Source: an uncultured Tissierellaceae bacterium (GTDB lineage: Bacteria; Bacillota; Clostridia; Tissierellales; Tissierellaceae). Taken from it: DNA of 64,000 nucleotides. Positions 40,551 to 50,200 of this stretch are shown here, in pieces (positions within the stretch are counted from its first letter, which is position 1; every line of letters begins with the position of its first letter). The notes under the pieces are model-generated. The model was not told where the DNA came from. It saw only the letters and a list, made by a program, of their open reading frames with translations, and did no database searches. The translations under genes were made by a program, and so were the position numbers. Location of the stretch: positions 16,702 through 80,701 of the forward strand of contig CAYRYO010000001.1 in assembly GCA_964428475.1 (NCBI GenBank), in the 5' to 3' direction.

Positions 40551-40564
40551 GATAGGAGCATTTG

Positions 40565-40996
40565 ATGAATAGAATAATGGGATTAGATGTAGGTGACAAG
40601 ACTATAGGTGTAGCAATATCAGATTTATTGGGACTTACAGCACAGGGTATTACTACAATTATTAGGAAAAGTAAAAAGGAAGATTATAGTGTATTAAAAC
40701 AATTGATAGATGAATATAATATAAATAGGATAGTAGTGGGCTTACCCAAGAATATGAATGGTTCAATAGGATCTCAAGCTGAAAAGACAATTAAATTTGC
40801 AGAAAAACTTAAAAATAAGTTTAATATAGAGTTGATTTATCAAGATGAAAGACTTACATCAAAAGCAGCTGAAAATATGCTTATAGCCGGTGATGTAAGA
40901 AGAGACAAAAGAAAAGATGTAATAGATAAGGTAGCTGCAACATTTATATTGCAGACACATTTAGATAGTAATTATATTAGCTCGAAAAAAATATGA
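40565..40996 (+). CDS. ruvX: Holliday junction resolvase-like nuclease RuvX/YqgF
   Basis: IMGLDVGDKTIGVAISD, VVGLPKNMNGS and DERLTS motifs. Confidence 0.9.
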   Translation: MNRIMGLDVGDKTIGVAISDLLGLTAQGITTIIRKSKKEDYSVLKQLIDEYNINRIVVGLPKNMNGSIGSQAEKTIKFAEKLKNKFNIELIYQDERLTSKAAENMLIAGDVRRDKRKDVIDKVAATFILQTHLDSNYISSKKI

Positions 40997-41018
40997 ATTA
41001 AATGAAAGGAGTATTTAA

Positions 41019-41270
41019 ATGCAAGAAAAAATAGTATTGATAGATGAAATGGGAGAAGAACAGGAATTTGTAATACTAGCAACTTTTGGATTAGATGATG
41101 ATGATTATGCAGCATTATTACCTTCACAAGATATAGAAAGCCCAACTTATATATTGAAGATGGAAGAAACAGAAGATGGAGAGATGTTGTTAATGGGAAT
41201 AGAAGATGAAGAAGAGCTTCAAGCAGCAATAGAAGCATATGAGGAAATAGAGAGTGAAAATGTTCAATAG
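41019..41270 (+). CDS. DUF1292 family protein (YrzB-like)
   Basis: 83 aa, acidic. DEMGEEQEFVILATF...DDDYAALLP pattern. Conserved neighbour of ruvX. Confidence 0.8.
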   Translation: MQEKIVLIDEMGEEQEFVILATFGLDDDDYAALLPSQDIESPTYILKMEETEDGEMLLMGIEDEEELQAAIEAYEEIESENVQ

Positions 41271-41329
41271 TTGACAAAAAAGTGAAATCATAGTATGGTT
41301 AAATTAATGATTATTGGTCGGGTGAAAAA

Positions 41330-41770
41330 ATGGATATTAGCAATATTAAAAAAAAGCTACAAGAATCAGGGTATAAATTGACCACTCAGAGAAAGGCTAT
41401 ATTAAATGTGATATTGGAAAATCAAGAGGAACATTTAAGTTGCGATGAGATATATAGCATTGTGGGCAAGGACTACCCGGAGCTTGGAATTGCAACTGTA
41501 TATAGGACATTGCAATTGTTTGAGAAACTTGATGTGGTCTATAGATTGAATTTTGATGATGGATGTAGTAGATATGAGTTGATAGCTGACTCTAAAGGAC
41601 ATCAGCATCATCATTTGATTTGCTTAGCTTGCGGTAAGGTTATCGAAGTAAAACTAGATCTTTTAGATGCATTAGAAGAAGAGATAAGAAAAGAGGAGCA
41701 TTTTACTATACTGGATCATAATGTAAAATTTTATGGATACTGCAGTGATTGTAAAAATAAATCCCTATAG
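41330..41770 (+). CDS. fur: Fur family transcriptional regulator
   Basis: Winged helix (GIATVYRTLQLFE), HHHLICLACGKV and CSDC metal-site motifs. Confidence 0.85.
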   Translation: MDISNIKKKLQESGYKLTTQRKAILNVILENQEEHLSCDEIYSIVGKDYPELGIATVYRTLQLFEKLDVVYRLNFDDGCSRYELIADSKGHQHHHLICLACGKVIEVKLDLLDALEEEIRKEEHFTILDHNVKFYGYCSDCKNKSL

Positions 41771-41782
41771 GGATTTATTTTT
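41759..41782 (+). terminator. Terminator hairpin overlapping the fur stop codon
   Basis: AAATCCC-TATA-GGGATTT palindrome (41759-41776) followed by ATTTTT. Confidence 0.55.
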
Positions 41783-41850
41783 GGATTGATATCCTTTTAA
41801 AAGACTAAAAATTAAAATAATGGAGAAAATAATTATAAAGGAGATTTGAT

Positions 41851-43515
41851 ATGGGACGAAAGCCAAATAAATTAAAAATAATACCTCTAGGAGGTATGGG
41901 AGAGATAGGTAAAAATATTACTGTCATAGAGTATAAAAATGATATTATATTAGTAGATTGTGGTATGACTTTCCCTGAAGATGAAATGTTAGGGATTGAC
42001 ATAGTAATACCCGATGTAACATATTTGTTTAAGAATAAAGATAAAATAAGAGGTCTTGTGATTACACATGGACATGAAGACCACATTGGGGCAATACCAT
42101 ATGTACTAAAAAGATTAGATATACCTATATATGGAACTAAGTTAACATTGGGACTTGTGGAAACTAAATTTAGAGAGCACAAGCTAAGTGATGTAAATTT
42201 AAACATAGTAAAGCATGGAGACAATGTAGAATTAGGATGTTTTAATGTTGAATTCATAAGAACAGGTCATAGTATTCCAGATGCATCTGCACTTGCGATC
42301 ACTACGCCAGTAGGAGTAATACTTCATACCGGTGACTTTAAAATAGACTATACCCCTATAAATGGAGATGTAATAGATTTGAACAGGTTTGCTGAACTTG
42401 GTAATAAGGGAATATTATTACTTATGGCAGATAGTACAAATGCAGAAAGACCTGGTTCGACTATGAGTGAAAAGACTGTAGGCAATACATTTAAGGATAT
42501 ATTCAAAGATCATCCTGGAAGAATACTAGTTGCAACATTTGCATCTAATGTTCATAGAATACAACAGATAATAAATGCAGCGGAAGAAAACGGTAGAAAA
42601 GTTGCACTTTCAGGAAGATCAATGCTAAATACTATGGGAGTAGCTATGGAGCTTGGATATCTCAACATAGGTAAAGATACACTTATAGATATAAAAGATA
42701 TAGATAAATATCCAAGTAATCAAATTACTCTAATCACTACTGGTAGCCAAGGAGAACCAATGTCAGCACTTACAAGGATCTCTTCTTCAGAACATAGAAA
42801 AATACAACTAGAGCCAGATGATTTAGTAATTATATCTGCTAGTCCAATACCAGGAAATGAAAAAACTGTATCTAAGGTAATCAATAATTTAGTTGAAAGA
42901 GGAACAGAAGTTATCTATGAATCACTTGCAGATGTTCATGTATCTGGGCATGCTTGTCAAGAAGAGTTAAAGCTTATTCATACACTGGTAAAACCGAAAT
43001 ACTTTATACCTGTTCATGGAGAATACAAGCATCTTAAAAAACATGCAGAAATAGCTAAATCACTAGGAATGTCTGAAGACAATATATTTATAATGGAAAA
43101 TGGAGGATCATTAGAGTTTACAAAAGACTCTGTTAACAGAGGTTCAAATGTGCCTTCTGGAAATATATTAGTGGATGGATTAGGCATAGGTGATGTAGGA
43201 AATATAGTACTGAGAGATAGGAAACATCTATCAGAAGATGGACTTATAGTAGTAGTACTTACTATAAGTAAAAAAGATGGAAAAGTAGTAGCAGGACCAG
43301 ATATAATTTCAAGAGGATTTGTATATGTTAGAGAATCAGAAAATCTAATAGAAGAAGTAAGAAATGTAGTTAGAAACGTGCTTGAAGACTGTGAAAAGAA
43401 AAAGATTACAGATTGGTCAACACTTAAATCAAATATAAGAGATACGCTTAGAAATCATCTTTATGGAAAGATAAAAAGAAATCCAATGATACTACCAATA
43501 ATAATGGAAGTATAA
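41851..43515 (+). CDS. rnj: Ribonuclease J
   Basis: Metallo-beta-lactamase HGHEDHIG motif, beta-CASP domain and C-terminal domain. 554 aa. Confidence 0.95.
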   Translation: MGRKPNKLKIIPLGGMGEIGKNITVIEYKNDIILVDCGMTFPEDEMLGIDIVIPDVTYLFKNKDKIRGLVITHGHEDHIGAIPYVLKRLDIPIYGTKLTLGLVETKFREHKLSDVNLNIVKHGDNVELGCFNVEFIRTGHSIPDASALAITTPVGVILHTGDFKIDYTPINGDVIDLNRFAELGNKGILLLMADSTNAERPGSTMSEKTVGNTFKDIFKDHPGRILVATFASNVHRIQQIINAAEENGRKVALSGRSMLNTMGVAMELGYLNIGKDTLIDIKDIDKYPSNQITLITTGSQGEPMSALTRISSSEHRKIQLEPDDLVIISASPIPGNEKTVSKVINNLVERGTEVIYESLADVHVSGHACQEELKLIHTLVKPKYFIPVHGEYKHLKKHAEIAKSLGMSEDNIFIMENGGSLEFTKDSVNRGSNVPSGNILVDGLGIGDVGNIVLRDRKHLSEDGLIVVVLTISKKDGKVVAGPDIISRGFVYVRESENLIEEVRNVVRNVLEDCEKKKITDWSTLKSNIRDTLRNHLYGKIKRNPMILPIIMEV

Positions 43516-43529
43516 ATTTTGAAGAAATT

Positions 43530-43561
43530 ATCCCTGGTATAGATTTATACCAGGGATTTTG
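43530..43561 (+). terminator. Rho-independent terminator after rnj
   Basis: TCCCTGGTATA (43531-43541) pairs with TATACCAGGGA (43546-43556), followed by TTTT. Confidence 0.8.
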
Positions 43562-43597
43562 ATATAATAAAAAGAGAAAAAGAGGTGAAATCAAAAT

Positions 43598-44089
43598 ATG
43601 AATACGAAATATTTGACCAAGGCAAGTCTTATAGCAGCCATATATATTGTACTAGTACTTATACAAATGCTTCCTGTACCCATGATGAATTTGACATTTG
43701 GACCTATACAACTTAGAATAGCAGAAGGATTAGTATTACTTCCATTAGTAGAAGCAGCAGCAGTTCCAGGAGTATTTGTAGGATGTTTACTCTCAAATCT
43801 ATTATTAGCACCTTATTCTGGTTTTGGGCTTGTAGATATTATTGGAGGTAGTATTGTTACCTTAATAGCAGCATATTTGACTAGTAAGATGAAGTCTAAG
43901 ATAACTGGAATTATTCCGCCAGTACTTTTAAATGGATTAATTGTATCTATTTGGGTATCATATTTTACAAAAATTCCATATCTTATAACAGTACTAGGAA
44001 TAGGTGGAGGAGAACTGTTTTCAGTTGGTATATTTGGAAGTATAATACTATCTGTATATAAGAAATCTACAAGCTTAAAAGAATATTAA
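43598..44089 (+). CDS. queT: Queuosine precursor transporter QueT (ECF S-component type)
   Basis: 163 aa, five or six TM helices. FGPIQLRIAEGL motif typical of QueT. Confidence 0.75.
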   Translation: MNTKYLTKASLIAAIYIVLVLIQMLPVPMMNLTFGPIQLRIAEGLVLLPLVEAAAVPGVFVGCLLSNLLLAPYSGFGLVDIIGGSIVTLIAAYLTSKMKSKITGIIPPVLLNGLIVSIWVSYFTKIPYLITVLGIGGGELFSVGIFGSIILSVYKKSTSLKEY

Positions 44090-44098
44090 AAGTGTGGA

Positions 44099-45157
44099 AT
44101 GAGGATGAGTAAAATGCAAAAGTCAAGAAACAAAAAAAACAAGAAGAAATCTTCTTTTAAAAAATTAGTGCTATTTCTTATAATTCTTATAGGAGGCTAT
44201 TATTTTGCTATGAATTATTATGAAGATGCAATAGGTGCGATTAATTCAGAGAACCCGTCTGAAGTAGATGTAGTTATTCCGCCTTTCAGTACTACAGATA
44301 AGATAGCAGAGATATTGAAAGACCAAGGACTGATAAAAAATCCACTTATATTTAAATATGTAGCGAGAAAAGAACAAGTAGGAAATAGATTAAAAGCAGG
44401 AGAATATATATTGTCAACTGAAATGAATGTAAAATCAATATTAGATATATTGGTAAAGGGTACTAAAAATAAAGATACTGCAAGATTTACTATTCCTGAA
44501 GGGTATGAAATAAAACAAATAGCAGATAAACTTTCTGAACAAGGTTTAGTAGATAAAGATACATTTCTAAGTCTTACAAGTGACAAATCAAACTTTGAAG
44601 CTAGTTATGTTTTTTTAAGTGAACTAGAAAAAGGACAAAGTTTGGAGGGGTTTTTATTTCCCTCAACCTATGAGATATTTAAAGATGTAAGAGAAGAAGA
44701 GATAATAGAGAAGATGTTAGATCAGTTTCAAGATATATATGAAGAAGAGATAAGACCTAAGATGTCTGAGTTTGACTTGAATTTAAATGAGATAATCACT
44801 CTTGCTTCAATTATTGAGAGGGAGGGAAAACTCGATAGTGAAAGACCAATAATGTCAGCAGTTTTTCACAATAGACTAAAGGATGGTATGAAATTACAGT
44901 CATGTGCCACTGTTCAATATGTATTAGGTGAAAGAAAACCAGTGCTATCAACCAAAGATACTCTTATAGATTCACCCTTTAACACATATATACATACAGG
45001 ACTTCCACCTGCGCCTATAGCATCATCTGGCAAAGCATCACTAGTTGCAGCCGTAAATCCTGCTGATGTAGATTATTTATTCTTTGTACTCACAGGAGAT
45101 GATGGTTCTCATACATTTACTAGGACTTATGAAGAACACATAAATGCAAAGCCATAG
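44099..45157 (+). CDS. mltG: Endolytic murein transglycosylase MltG (YceG)
   Basis: N-terminal TM and YceG domain motifs (FTIPEGY, ASIIEREG, LQSCATVQY, SPFNTYIHTGLPPAPI). The start may be an internal ATG at 44105 or 44114. Confidence 0.9.
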   Translation: MRMSKMQKSRNKKNKKKSSFKKLVLFLIILIGGYYFAMNYYEDAIGAINSENPSEVDVVIPPFSTTDKIAEILKDQGLIKNPLIFKYVARKEQVGNRLKAGEYILSTEMNVKSILDILVKGTKNKDTARFTIPEGYEIKQIADKLSEQGLVDKDTFLSLTSDKSNFEASYVFLSELEKGQSLEGFLFPSTYEIFKDVREEEIIEKMLDQFQDIYEEEIRPKMSEFDLNLNEIITLASIIEREGKLDSERPIMSAVFHNRLKDGMKLQSCATVQYVLGERKPVLSTKDTLIDSPFNTYIHTGLPPAPIASSGKASLVAAVNPADVDYLFFVLTGDDGSHTFTRTYEEHINAKP

Positions 45158-45183
45158 AAGTAAATTAAAATAAGGATGATAAA

Positions 45184-45828
45184 ATGGATAAAATAAATAG
45201 AGATTATATTGAAAATTATATACGCGAGTTACTACCAGAAAGAGATACACTAAAGTCTATGGAGATATATGCTAAAGAGCATTATGTTCCAATTATTCAG
45301 CCAGAAATAACACAATTTTTAAAAGTGCTACTTAAAATAAACAATCCTAAAAAGATACTTGAAATAGGTACAGCTATAGGGTATTCAGCTATAGTAATGG
45401 CTGAAAACACTTCGGATAATACAAAGATAACTACAATAGAACGAATAGATGACATGGTAGATATTGCAAATGAAAATATCAAAAAAATAGGTTTTGAAGA
45501 TAAAATAAAAGTATTAAAAGGCGAAGCTACTGAAATACTTGTAAATCTTGATGAACAATATGATTTTATATTTTTAGATGCAGCAAAGGGTCATTATAGG
45601 GAGTTTTTTGATGAATGTATGAGATTAATAAATTTAAATGGAGTAATTGTATGCGATAATGTTTTGTTTAAAGGAATGGTTGCATCTGATGATTTAGTAA
45701 TTCATAGAAAGATAACTATAGTTAAAAGACTTAGAGCGTTTTTAAAATATATAAGCAATCTTCAGGGATATACTACTTCAATTATACCAATTGGAGATGG
45801 AATAGCCCTTATATATAGAGAGGAGTAG
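45184..45828 (+). CDS. trmR: Class I SAM-dependent O-methyltransferase (YrrM/TrmR-like)
   Basis: ILEIGTAIGYS SAM motif, FIFLDAAK, catechol-OMT-like family 3. Conserved position before the U32 peptidase gene, as B. subtilis yrrM. Confidence 0.8.
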   Translation: MDKINRDYIENYIRELLPERDTLKSMEIYAKEHYVPIIQPEITQFLKVLLKINNPKKILEIGTAIGYSAIVMAENTSDNTKITTIERIDDMVDIANENIKKIGFEDKIKVLKGEATEILVNLDEQYDFIFLDAAKGHYREFFDECMRLINLNGVIVCDNVLFKGMVASDDLVIHRKITIVKRLRAFLKYISNLQGYTTSIIPIGDGIALIYREE

Positions 45829-45832
45829 TAAT

Positions 45833-47062
45833 TTGGAAAAGATAGAACTATTAGCGCCAGCAGGTGACTTAGAAAAATTAAAGATGGCTATTGTCTATGG
45901 AGCCGATGCAGTTTATCTTGGAGGAGAAAGTTTTGGGCTTAGAAAATCATCTAAAAATTTTTCCATACAAGATATAGAAGAGGGAATAAAATTTGCACAT
46001 GATAGAGCAAAGAAAGTATATATAACACTCAATATAGTTCCACATGATGGAGATATGGATGGTCTTGAAGATTATCTAAAGGATTTAAAAAGAATTGGAG
46101 CTGATGCCGTTATAGTATCAGATCCAGGTATATTTACAGTAGTAAATAGAACTGTACCAGATATGCCGATACATATAAGCACTCAGGCATCTGTAACAAA
46201 TTATGAAACCATAATGTTTTGGTATAATTTAGGAATAAGACGTGTAGTTTTAGCAAGAGAATTAAGTTTTAAGGAGATAAAAGATATAACTAAAAAGATT
46301 CCAAGTGATTTAGAAGTAGAGGCATTTGTACATGGTGCCATGTGCATGAGTTATTCAGGGAGATGCCTGATATCTAATTATATGACTGGAAGAGATGCTA
46401 ATAGAGGGGATTGCATACACTCTTGCAGATTTAAATATAATCTAGTAGAAGAAACAAGGCCAGGGCAATATTTTCCAGTGTATGAAGATGAGCAGGGAAC
46501 ATTTATCATGAATTCAAAGGACCTTTGCATGATAGAGTATATCCCTGAACTCATGGACTCCGGAATTAAAAGCTTTAAGATAGAGGGTAGGGTAAAGAGC
46601 TCATATTATGTTGCAACTATTATAAGAGCCTATAGAATGGCTATAGATGAATACTATAAAACAAAAGATAATTATGTATTTGATGTAAAACATAGAGACG
46701 AAATAGAAAAAACTAGCTTTAGAGCCTTTACTACGGGATTTTTCTTTGGTCAGCCTACAAATGAAGCTCAAGTATATGAAACATCTTCATATATAAGAAA
46801 ATATGACTTTGTAGGGATAGTATTAGATTATGATGAAGATACAAAAATTGCAACTGTAGAACAGAGAAACAGAATATTTTTAGGAGACATTATTGAAGTT
46901 TTTGGGCCAAATAAAGACCATTTTATTCAAAAAATAGAAAAAATGTGGGATGCGAAAGATAATCCAATAGAAGTAGCGCCACATGCTCAACAAAAGATAA
47001 AAATACAGATGGGAAAACCTGTAAACAGAATGGACATGCTGAGAAAAGAAAGGGAGGATTAA
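45833..47062 (+). CDS. Peptidase U32 family protein (YrrN/YrrO, TrhP-like)
   Basis: ELLAPAG, VYLGG and E.F.HGAMC.SYSGRC U32 signatures. 409 aa. TTG start. Confidence 0.88.
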   Translation: MEKIELLAPAGDLEKLKMAIVYGADAVYLGGESFGLRKSSKNFSIQDIEEGIKFAHDRAKKVYITLNIVPHDGDMDGLEDYLKDLKRIGADAVIVSDPGIFTVVNRTVPDMPIHISTQASVTNYETIMFWYNLGIRRVVLARELSFKEIKDITKKIPSDLEVEAFVHGAMCMSYSGRCLISNYMTGRDANRGDCIHSCRFKYNLVEETRPGQYFPVYEDEQGTFIMNSKDLCMIEYIPELMDSGIKSFKIEGRVKSSYYVATIIRAYRMAIDEYYKTKDNYVFDVKHRDEIEKTSFRAFTTGFFFGQPTNEAQVYETSSYIRKYDFVGIVLDYDEDTKIATVEQRNRIFLGDIIEVFGPNKDHFIQKIEKMWDAKDNPIEVAPHAQQKIKIQMGKPVNRMDMLRKERED

Positions 47063-47066
47063 TGCC

Positions 47067-47687
47067 TTGAAAAGACCACTTATTATTGCAATAACAGGAG
47101 GGACAGGCTCTGGAAAGTCAACTGTATCTAAGGAAATATTCAAAAGTATACATGAAAAAAAGATAGCTGTAATTCAACAGGATTCATATTATAAAGATCA
47201 ATCACATTTAACATATGAAGAAAGGGTAAGAACGAATTATGATCATCCATTTGCATTCGATAATGACCTTTTAATAGAACATCTAAAAAACTTGCTTGCA
47301 AATAAGTCTATAGAAAAACCTATATATGATTTTGAAAATCACAATAGAAAAAAAGAAACAATTAGGGTAGATTCAAAAGACATAATTATTATAGAAGGGA
47401 TACTTATTCTCTCAGAAAAAAAAATAAGGGATTTATTGGATATTAAAATATTTGTAGATACAGATTCAGATGTAAGAGTTATTAGAAGAATACTAAGGGA
47501 TATAAAACAAAGAGGAAGGACCCTTGACTCAGTAATAAATCAATATATGGAAACAGTGAGACCTTCACATCTTCAATTTATAGAGCCATCCAAGAGATAT
47601 GCAGATATAATTATTCCAGAAGGTGGATATAACAAAGTGGCAATAGATATATTAGTTACTAAAATAAAATCAATTTTAAAAGATTAA
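47067..47687 (+). CDS. udk: Uridine kinase
   Basis: P-loop [17 protein letters not shown] and NYDHPFAFD motifs. Confidence 0.93.
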   Translation: MKRPLIIAITGGTGSGKSTVSKEIFKSIHEKKIAVIQQDSYYKDQSHLTYEERVRTNYDHPFAFDNDLLIEHLKNLLANKSIEKPIYDFENHNRKKETIRVDSKDIIIIEGILILSEKKIRDLLDIKIFVDTDSDVRVIRRILRDIKQRGRTLDSVINQYMETVRPSHLQFIEPSKRYADIIIPEGGYNKVAIDILVTKIKSILKD

Positions 47688-47735
47688 ATCATAATCTCTC
47701 TAAAAGTGGAAACACTCTTCTTAGGGAGGTTTTTT

Positions 47736-49403
47736 ATGAGAATAGATAGATATAATATAATTCACACCAGAATAAAGAAAATGAGATTTATAATTATACT
47801 TTGTTTTTTAGTATTACTATCTAGATTATACTATCTACAAGTGTATAATAATGATGACTTGAAACTAGCAAGTTTAAAACAAAGAAGCAAAAAGATAGAA
47901 TTAAATTCAAAGAGAGGTAATATATACGATAGGAATTTGATTCCTCTTACAAATAACGAATACCAAAGAACTATGATAATTGAAAAACAAAAATTAGAAG
48001 AAGACAAAGAACTCTTAGAAAAAATAAAAGAATATACGATTCTTTCGCCCTTAGATTTAAAAGACATATTAAATTCAAATAATAAAATAATAGAAATACC
48101 TATAGAAGACGACTTTGATGTAATAGATAAAAAAAATATTTTTATTGAAAATAAAGAAAAAAGATACTCAGATTCAAATATATTATCACATGTCCTTGGA
48201 TATATAAATAAATCTCAAAATAAAGGCGAGACAGGAATAGAAAAGGTCTATGATGAGTTTTTAAATAAATCTAATAACAAGATCTTATTTGTAGAGTACG
48301 ATAAAAAAAGAACTATGATACTTGGAAGTGAATATTATGTAGATAATCAAGTATCGCCATTAGATCCATCAGCTGTGCAATTAACTATAGATTATGAACT
48401 TCAAAGAGAAATTGAAGGCATATTAGATAAAAAAAGAATAAATGGAGGAGTACTAGTAGAAGATGTAAGTACAGGAGAACTTTTAGTATGTGCTAGCAGA
48501 CCAAATTTTGACCAAGACAATATAGAAGACTATCTAAATAGCAGAGATATGAATTTATATAACAAGACCGTACAGGTCTCATATCCTCCAGGATCGATTT
48601 TTAAAATTGTAGTTTTATTGGCTGCACTTGAAGAGGATCCCTCATATATAGATAGAGAGTTTTATTGTCGTGGATATGAAGAAGTTGGAAATACAAAAAT
48701 TAAATGTAGCAATATTAGTGGCCATGGAAGTATAGACTTAAAAAATGGATTTTCTAAATCATGCAATTCTGTATTTATTCAAATAGGAAAAGAAATAGGT
48801 GCAAAAAAAATAATAGATATGGCAAAGAGACTTGGTTTTGGAGAAAAAATAAATATAGGACTCCTTGAGGAAGATGCTGGATCTCTTCCACAAGGAGAAG
48901 AACTAATAGGGCCATCTATAGGAAATATCTCAATAGGTCAGGGGAAGATTGAATCTACTATACTTCAAATAACAAATATGACCTCAATCATAGCTAATAA
49001 TGGAAATAAAAAAAGTATTAGCATAGTAAAAGGAATTACCAACAGTGAAGGAAAAATGATAAAACCATATAGCAAGATGGAAGATGAGAAAGTATTATCT
49101 GATGATATAGTATATAAAGCAAGAGAATTACTAGAAGAAGTAGTATGGTCAGGAACAGCAAAATCATTGGATTTAGAAGATATTGGAGGTGCGGCTGGAA
49201 AAACTGGATCAGCAGAGGGTATACTAAATAGAGAAAATGTAGTTCACGGATGGTTTACAGGTTATTATCCTAGAGAAAACCCAAAGTATGCTATAACTGT
49301 ATTAGTAGAAAAAGGAAAATCTGGGTCGAGTTCAGCGGTTCCAATATTTGGCGATATATGTAGGATAATAAATAAGAAAATAAATAAGACTTGCACAAAT
49401 TAA
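47736..49403 (+). CDS. Class B penicillin-binding protein (PBP2/SpoVD-like transpeptidase)
   Basis: N-terminal TM, PBP dimerisation domain, SIFK (SxxK), SCN (SxN) and KTGS (KTG) motifs. ATG at 47736 follows GGGAGG. Confidence 0.85.
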   Translation: MRIDRYNIIHTRIKKMRFIIILCFLVLLSRLYYLQVYNNDDLKLASLKQRSKKIELNSKRGNIYDRNLIPLTNNEYQRTMIIEKQKLEEDKELLEKIKEYTILSPLDLKDILNSNNKIIEIPIEDDFDVIDKKNIFIENKEKRYSDSNILSHVLGYINKSQNKGETGIEKVYDEFLNKSNNKILFVEYDKKRTMILGSEYYVDNQVSPLDPSAVQLTIDYELQREIEGILDKKRINGGVLVEDVSTGELLVCASRPNFDQDNIEDYLNSRDMNLYNKTVQVSYPPGSIFKIVVLLAALEEDPSYIDREFYCRGYEEVGNTKIKCSNISGHGSIDLKNGFSKSCNSVFIQIGKEIGAKKIIDMAKRLGFGEKINIGLLEEDAGSLPQGEELIGPSIGNISIGQGKIESTILQITNMTSIIANNGNKKSISIVKGITNSEGKMIKPYSKMEDEKVLSDDIVYKARELLEEVVWSGTAKSLDLEDIGGAAGKTGSAEGILNRENVVHGWFTGYYPRENPKYAITVLVEKGKSGSSSAVPIFGDICRIINKKINKTCTN

Positions 49404-49422
49404 CATCTTCTATCATACATTA
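49394..49422 (+). promoter_or_regulatory. Mother-cell (sigma-E/sigma-K type) promoter candidate for sigK
   Basis: AC (49395-49396), 17-nt spacer, CATACATTA (49414-49422). This fits the AC-N17-CATAnnnTA sigma-K consensus and the CATACAnT sigma-E -10 element. Confidence 0.5.
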
Positions 49423-49445
49423 GTATATGTATAGGAGGTGTTAAT

Positions 49446-50165
49446 TTGAAAACAAACAATAGTATCAAAGAAATACTAATGCTTGGGTTAAGCATAATTG
49501 CAAGACCATTTGTAATTATATGTGGCTATATGATAAGCTCAAATAGCTTTCCTCAACCGCTTTCTAAAGAAGAAGAGAAGATTTATTTGGAAAAATACTC
49601 TCAAGGGAATGAGGAGGCAAGGAAGATATTAATTGAAAGAAACTTAAGGCTAGTAGCACATATAGTAAAGAAATATAATAATACAGGCAAAGATACAGAA
49701 GATTTAATTTCTATAGGCACAGTAGGACTTATCAAGGCAATATCAACATTTGATCAGTCAAAAAATATAAAACTTTCTACATATGCTGCTAGATGTATAG
49801 AAAATGAAATACTAATGACCATAAGATCCAGTAAAAAAGCAAAAAATGAAATGTCTATAAGTGAACCGCTTGGTATAGACAAAGAAGGAAATGAAATAAA
49901 TTTATTAGATATACTAGGAACTGAAATAGATGAGGTCTTAGATAAGGTTAATTTAAAACTTGAGATAAAAACATTGTATAAATCAATGGATGTAGTATTA
50001 AAAGATAGAGAAAAGATAATTATTCAACTTAGATATGGATTAATAGATGGAGTATGTAAAACTCAAAGGGAAATAGCATCTATGCTGGGAATATCAAGAT
50101 CTTATGTATCAAGGATAGAAACAAAAGCATTAAGCAAATTAAATAATGTAATGTCAAACAAATAA
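49446..50165 (+). CDS. sigK: Sporulation sigma factor SigK (pro-sigma-K), uninterrupted
   Basis: Hydrophobic pro-sequence then [44 protein letters not shown], nearly the canonical SigK N-terminus. Regions 2-4 are contiguous. TTG start after AGGAGGTG. Confidence 0.9.
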   Translation: MKTNNSIKEILMLGLSIIARPFVIICGYMISSNSFPQPLSKEEEKIYLEKYSQGNEEARKILIERNLRLVAHIVKKYNNTGKDTEDLISIGTVGLIKAISTFDQSKNIKLSTYAARCIENEILMTIRSSKKAKNEMSISEPLGIDKEGNEINLLDILGTEIDEVLDKVNLKLEIKTLYKSMDVVLKDREKIIIQLRYGLIDGVCKTQREIASMLGISRSYVSRIETKALSKLNNVMSNK

Positions 50166-50168
50166 AAC

Positions 50169-50194
50169 ATCCAGGACAAATTTGCGTCCTGGAT
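50169..50194. terminator. Bidirectional terminator between convergent sigK and the ylaJ-like gene
   Basis: ATCCAGGAC (50169-50177) pairs with GTCCTGGAT (50186-50194). Confidence 0.7.
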
Positions 50195-50200
50195 ACTTTA

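Noticed and set aside
41805-42257. 150-aa minus-strand ORF overlapping the 5' end of rnj
   Set aside because: It overlaps the strongly supported RNase J N-terminal metallo-beta-lactamase domain and shows no family resemblance.
43516-43597. Possible preQ1 riboswitch upstream of queT
   Set aside because: The hairpin here is a perfect 11-bp GC-containing stem plus a T-run, best explained as the rnj terminator. I could not find the small P1 helix with a C-containing loop and ACTA(A/G) tail typical of preQ1-I. A covariance-model search with RF00522 would settle it.
49446-50165. skin-like element or intervening sequence in sigK
   Set aside because: Regions 1.2 to 4.2 are contiguous in one 239-aa ORF, and no recombinase gene is nearby.
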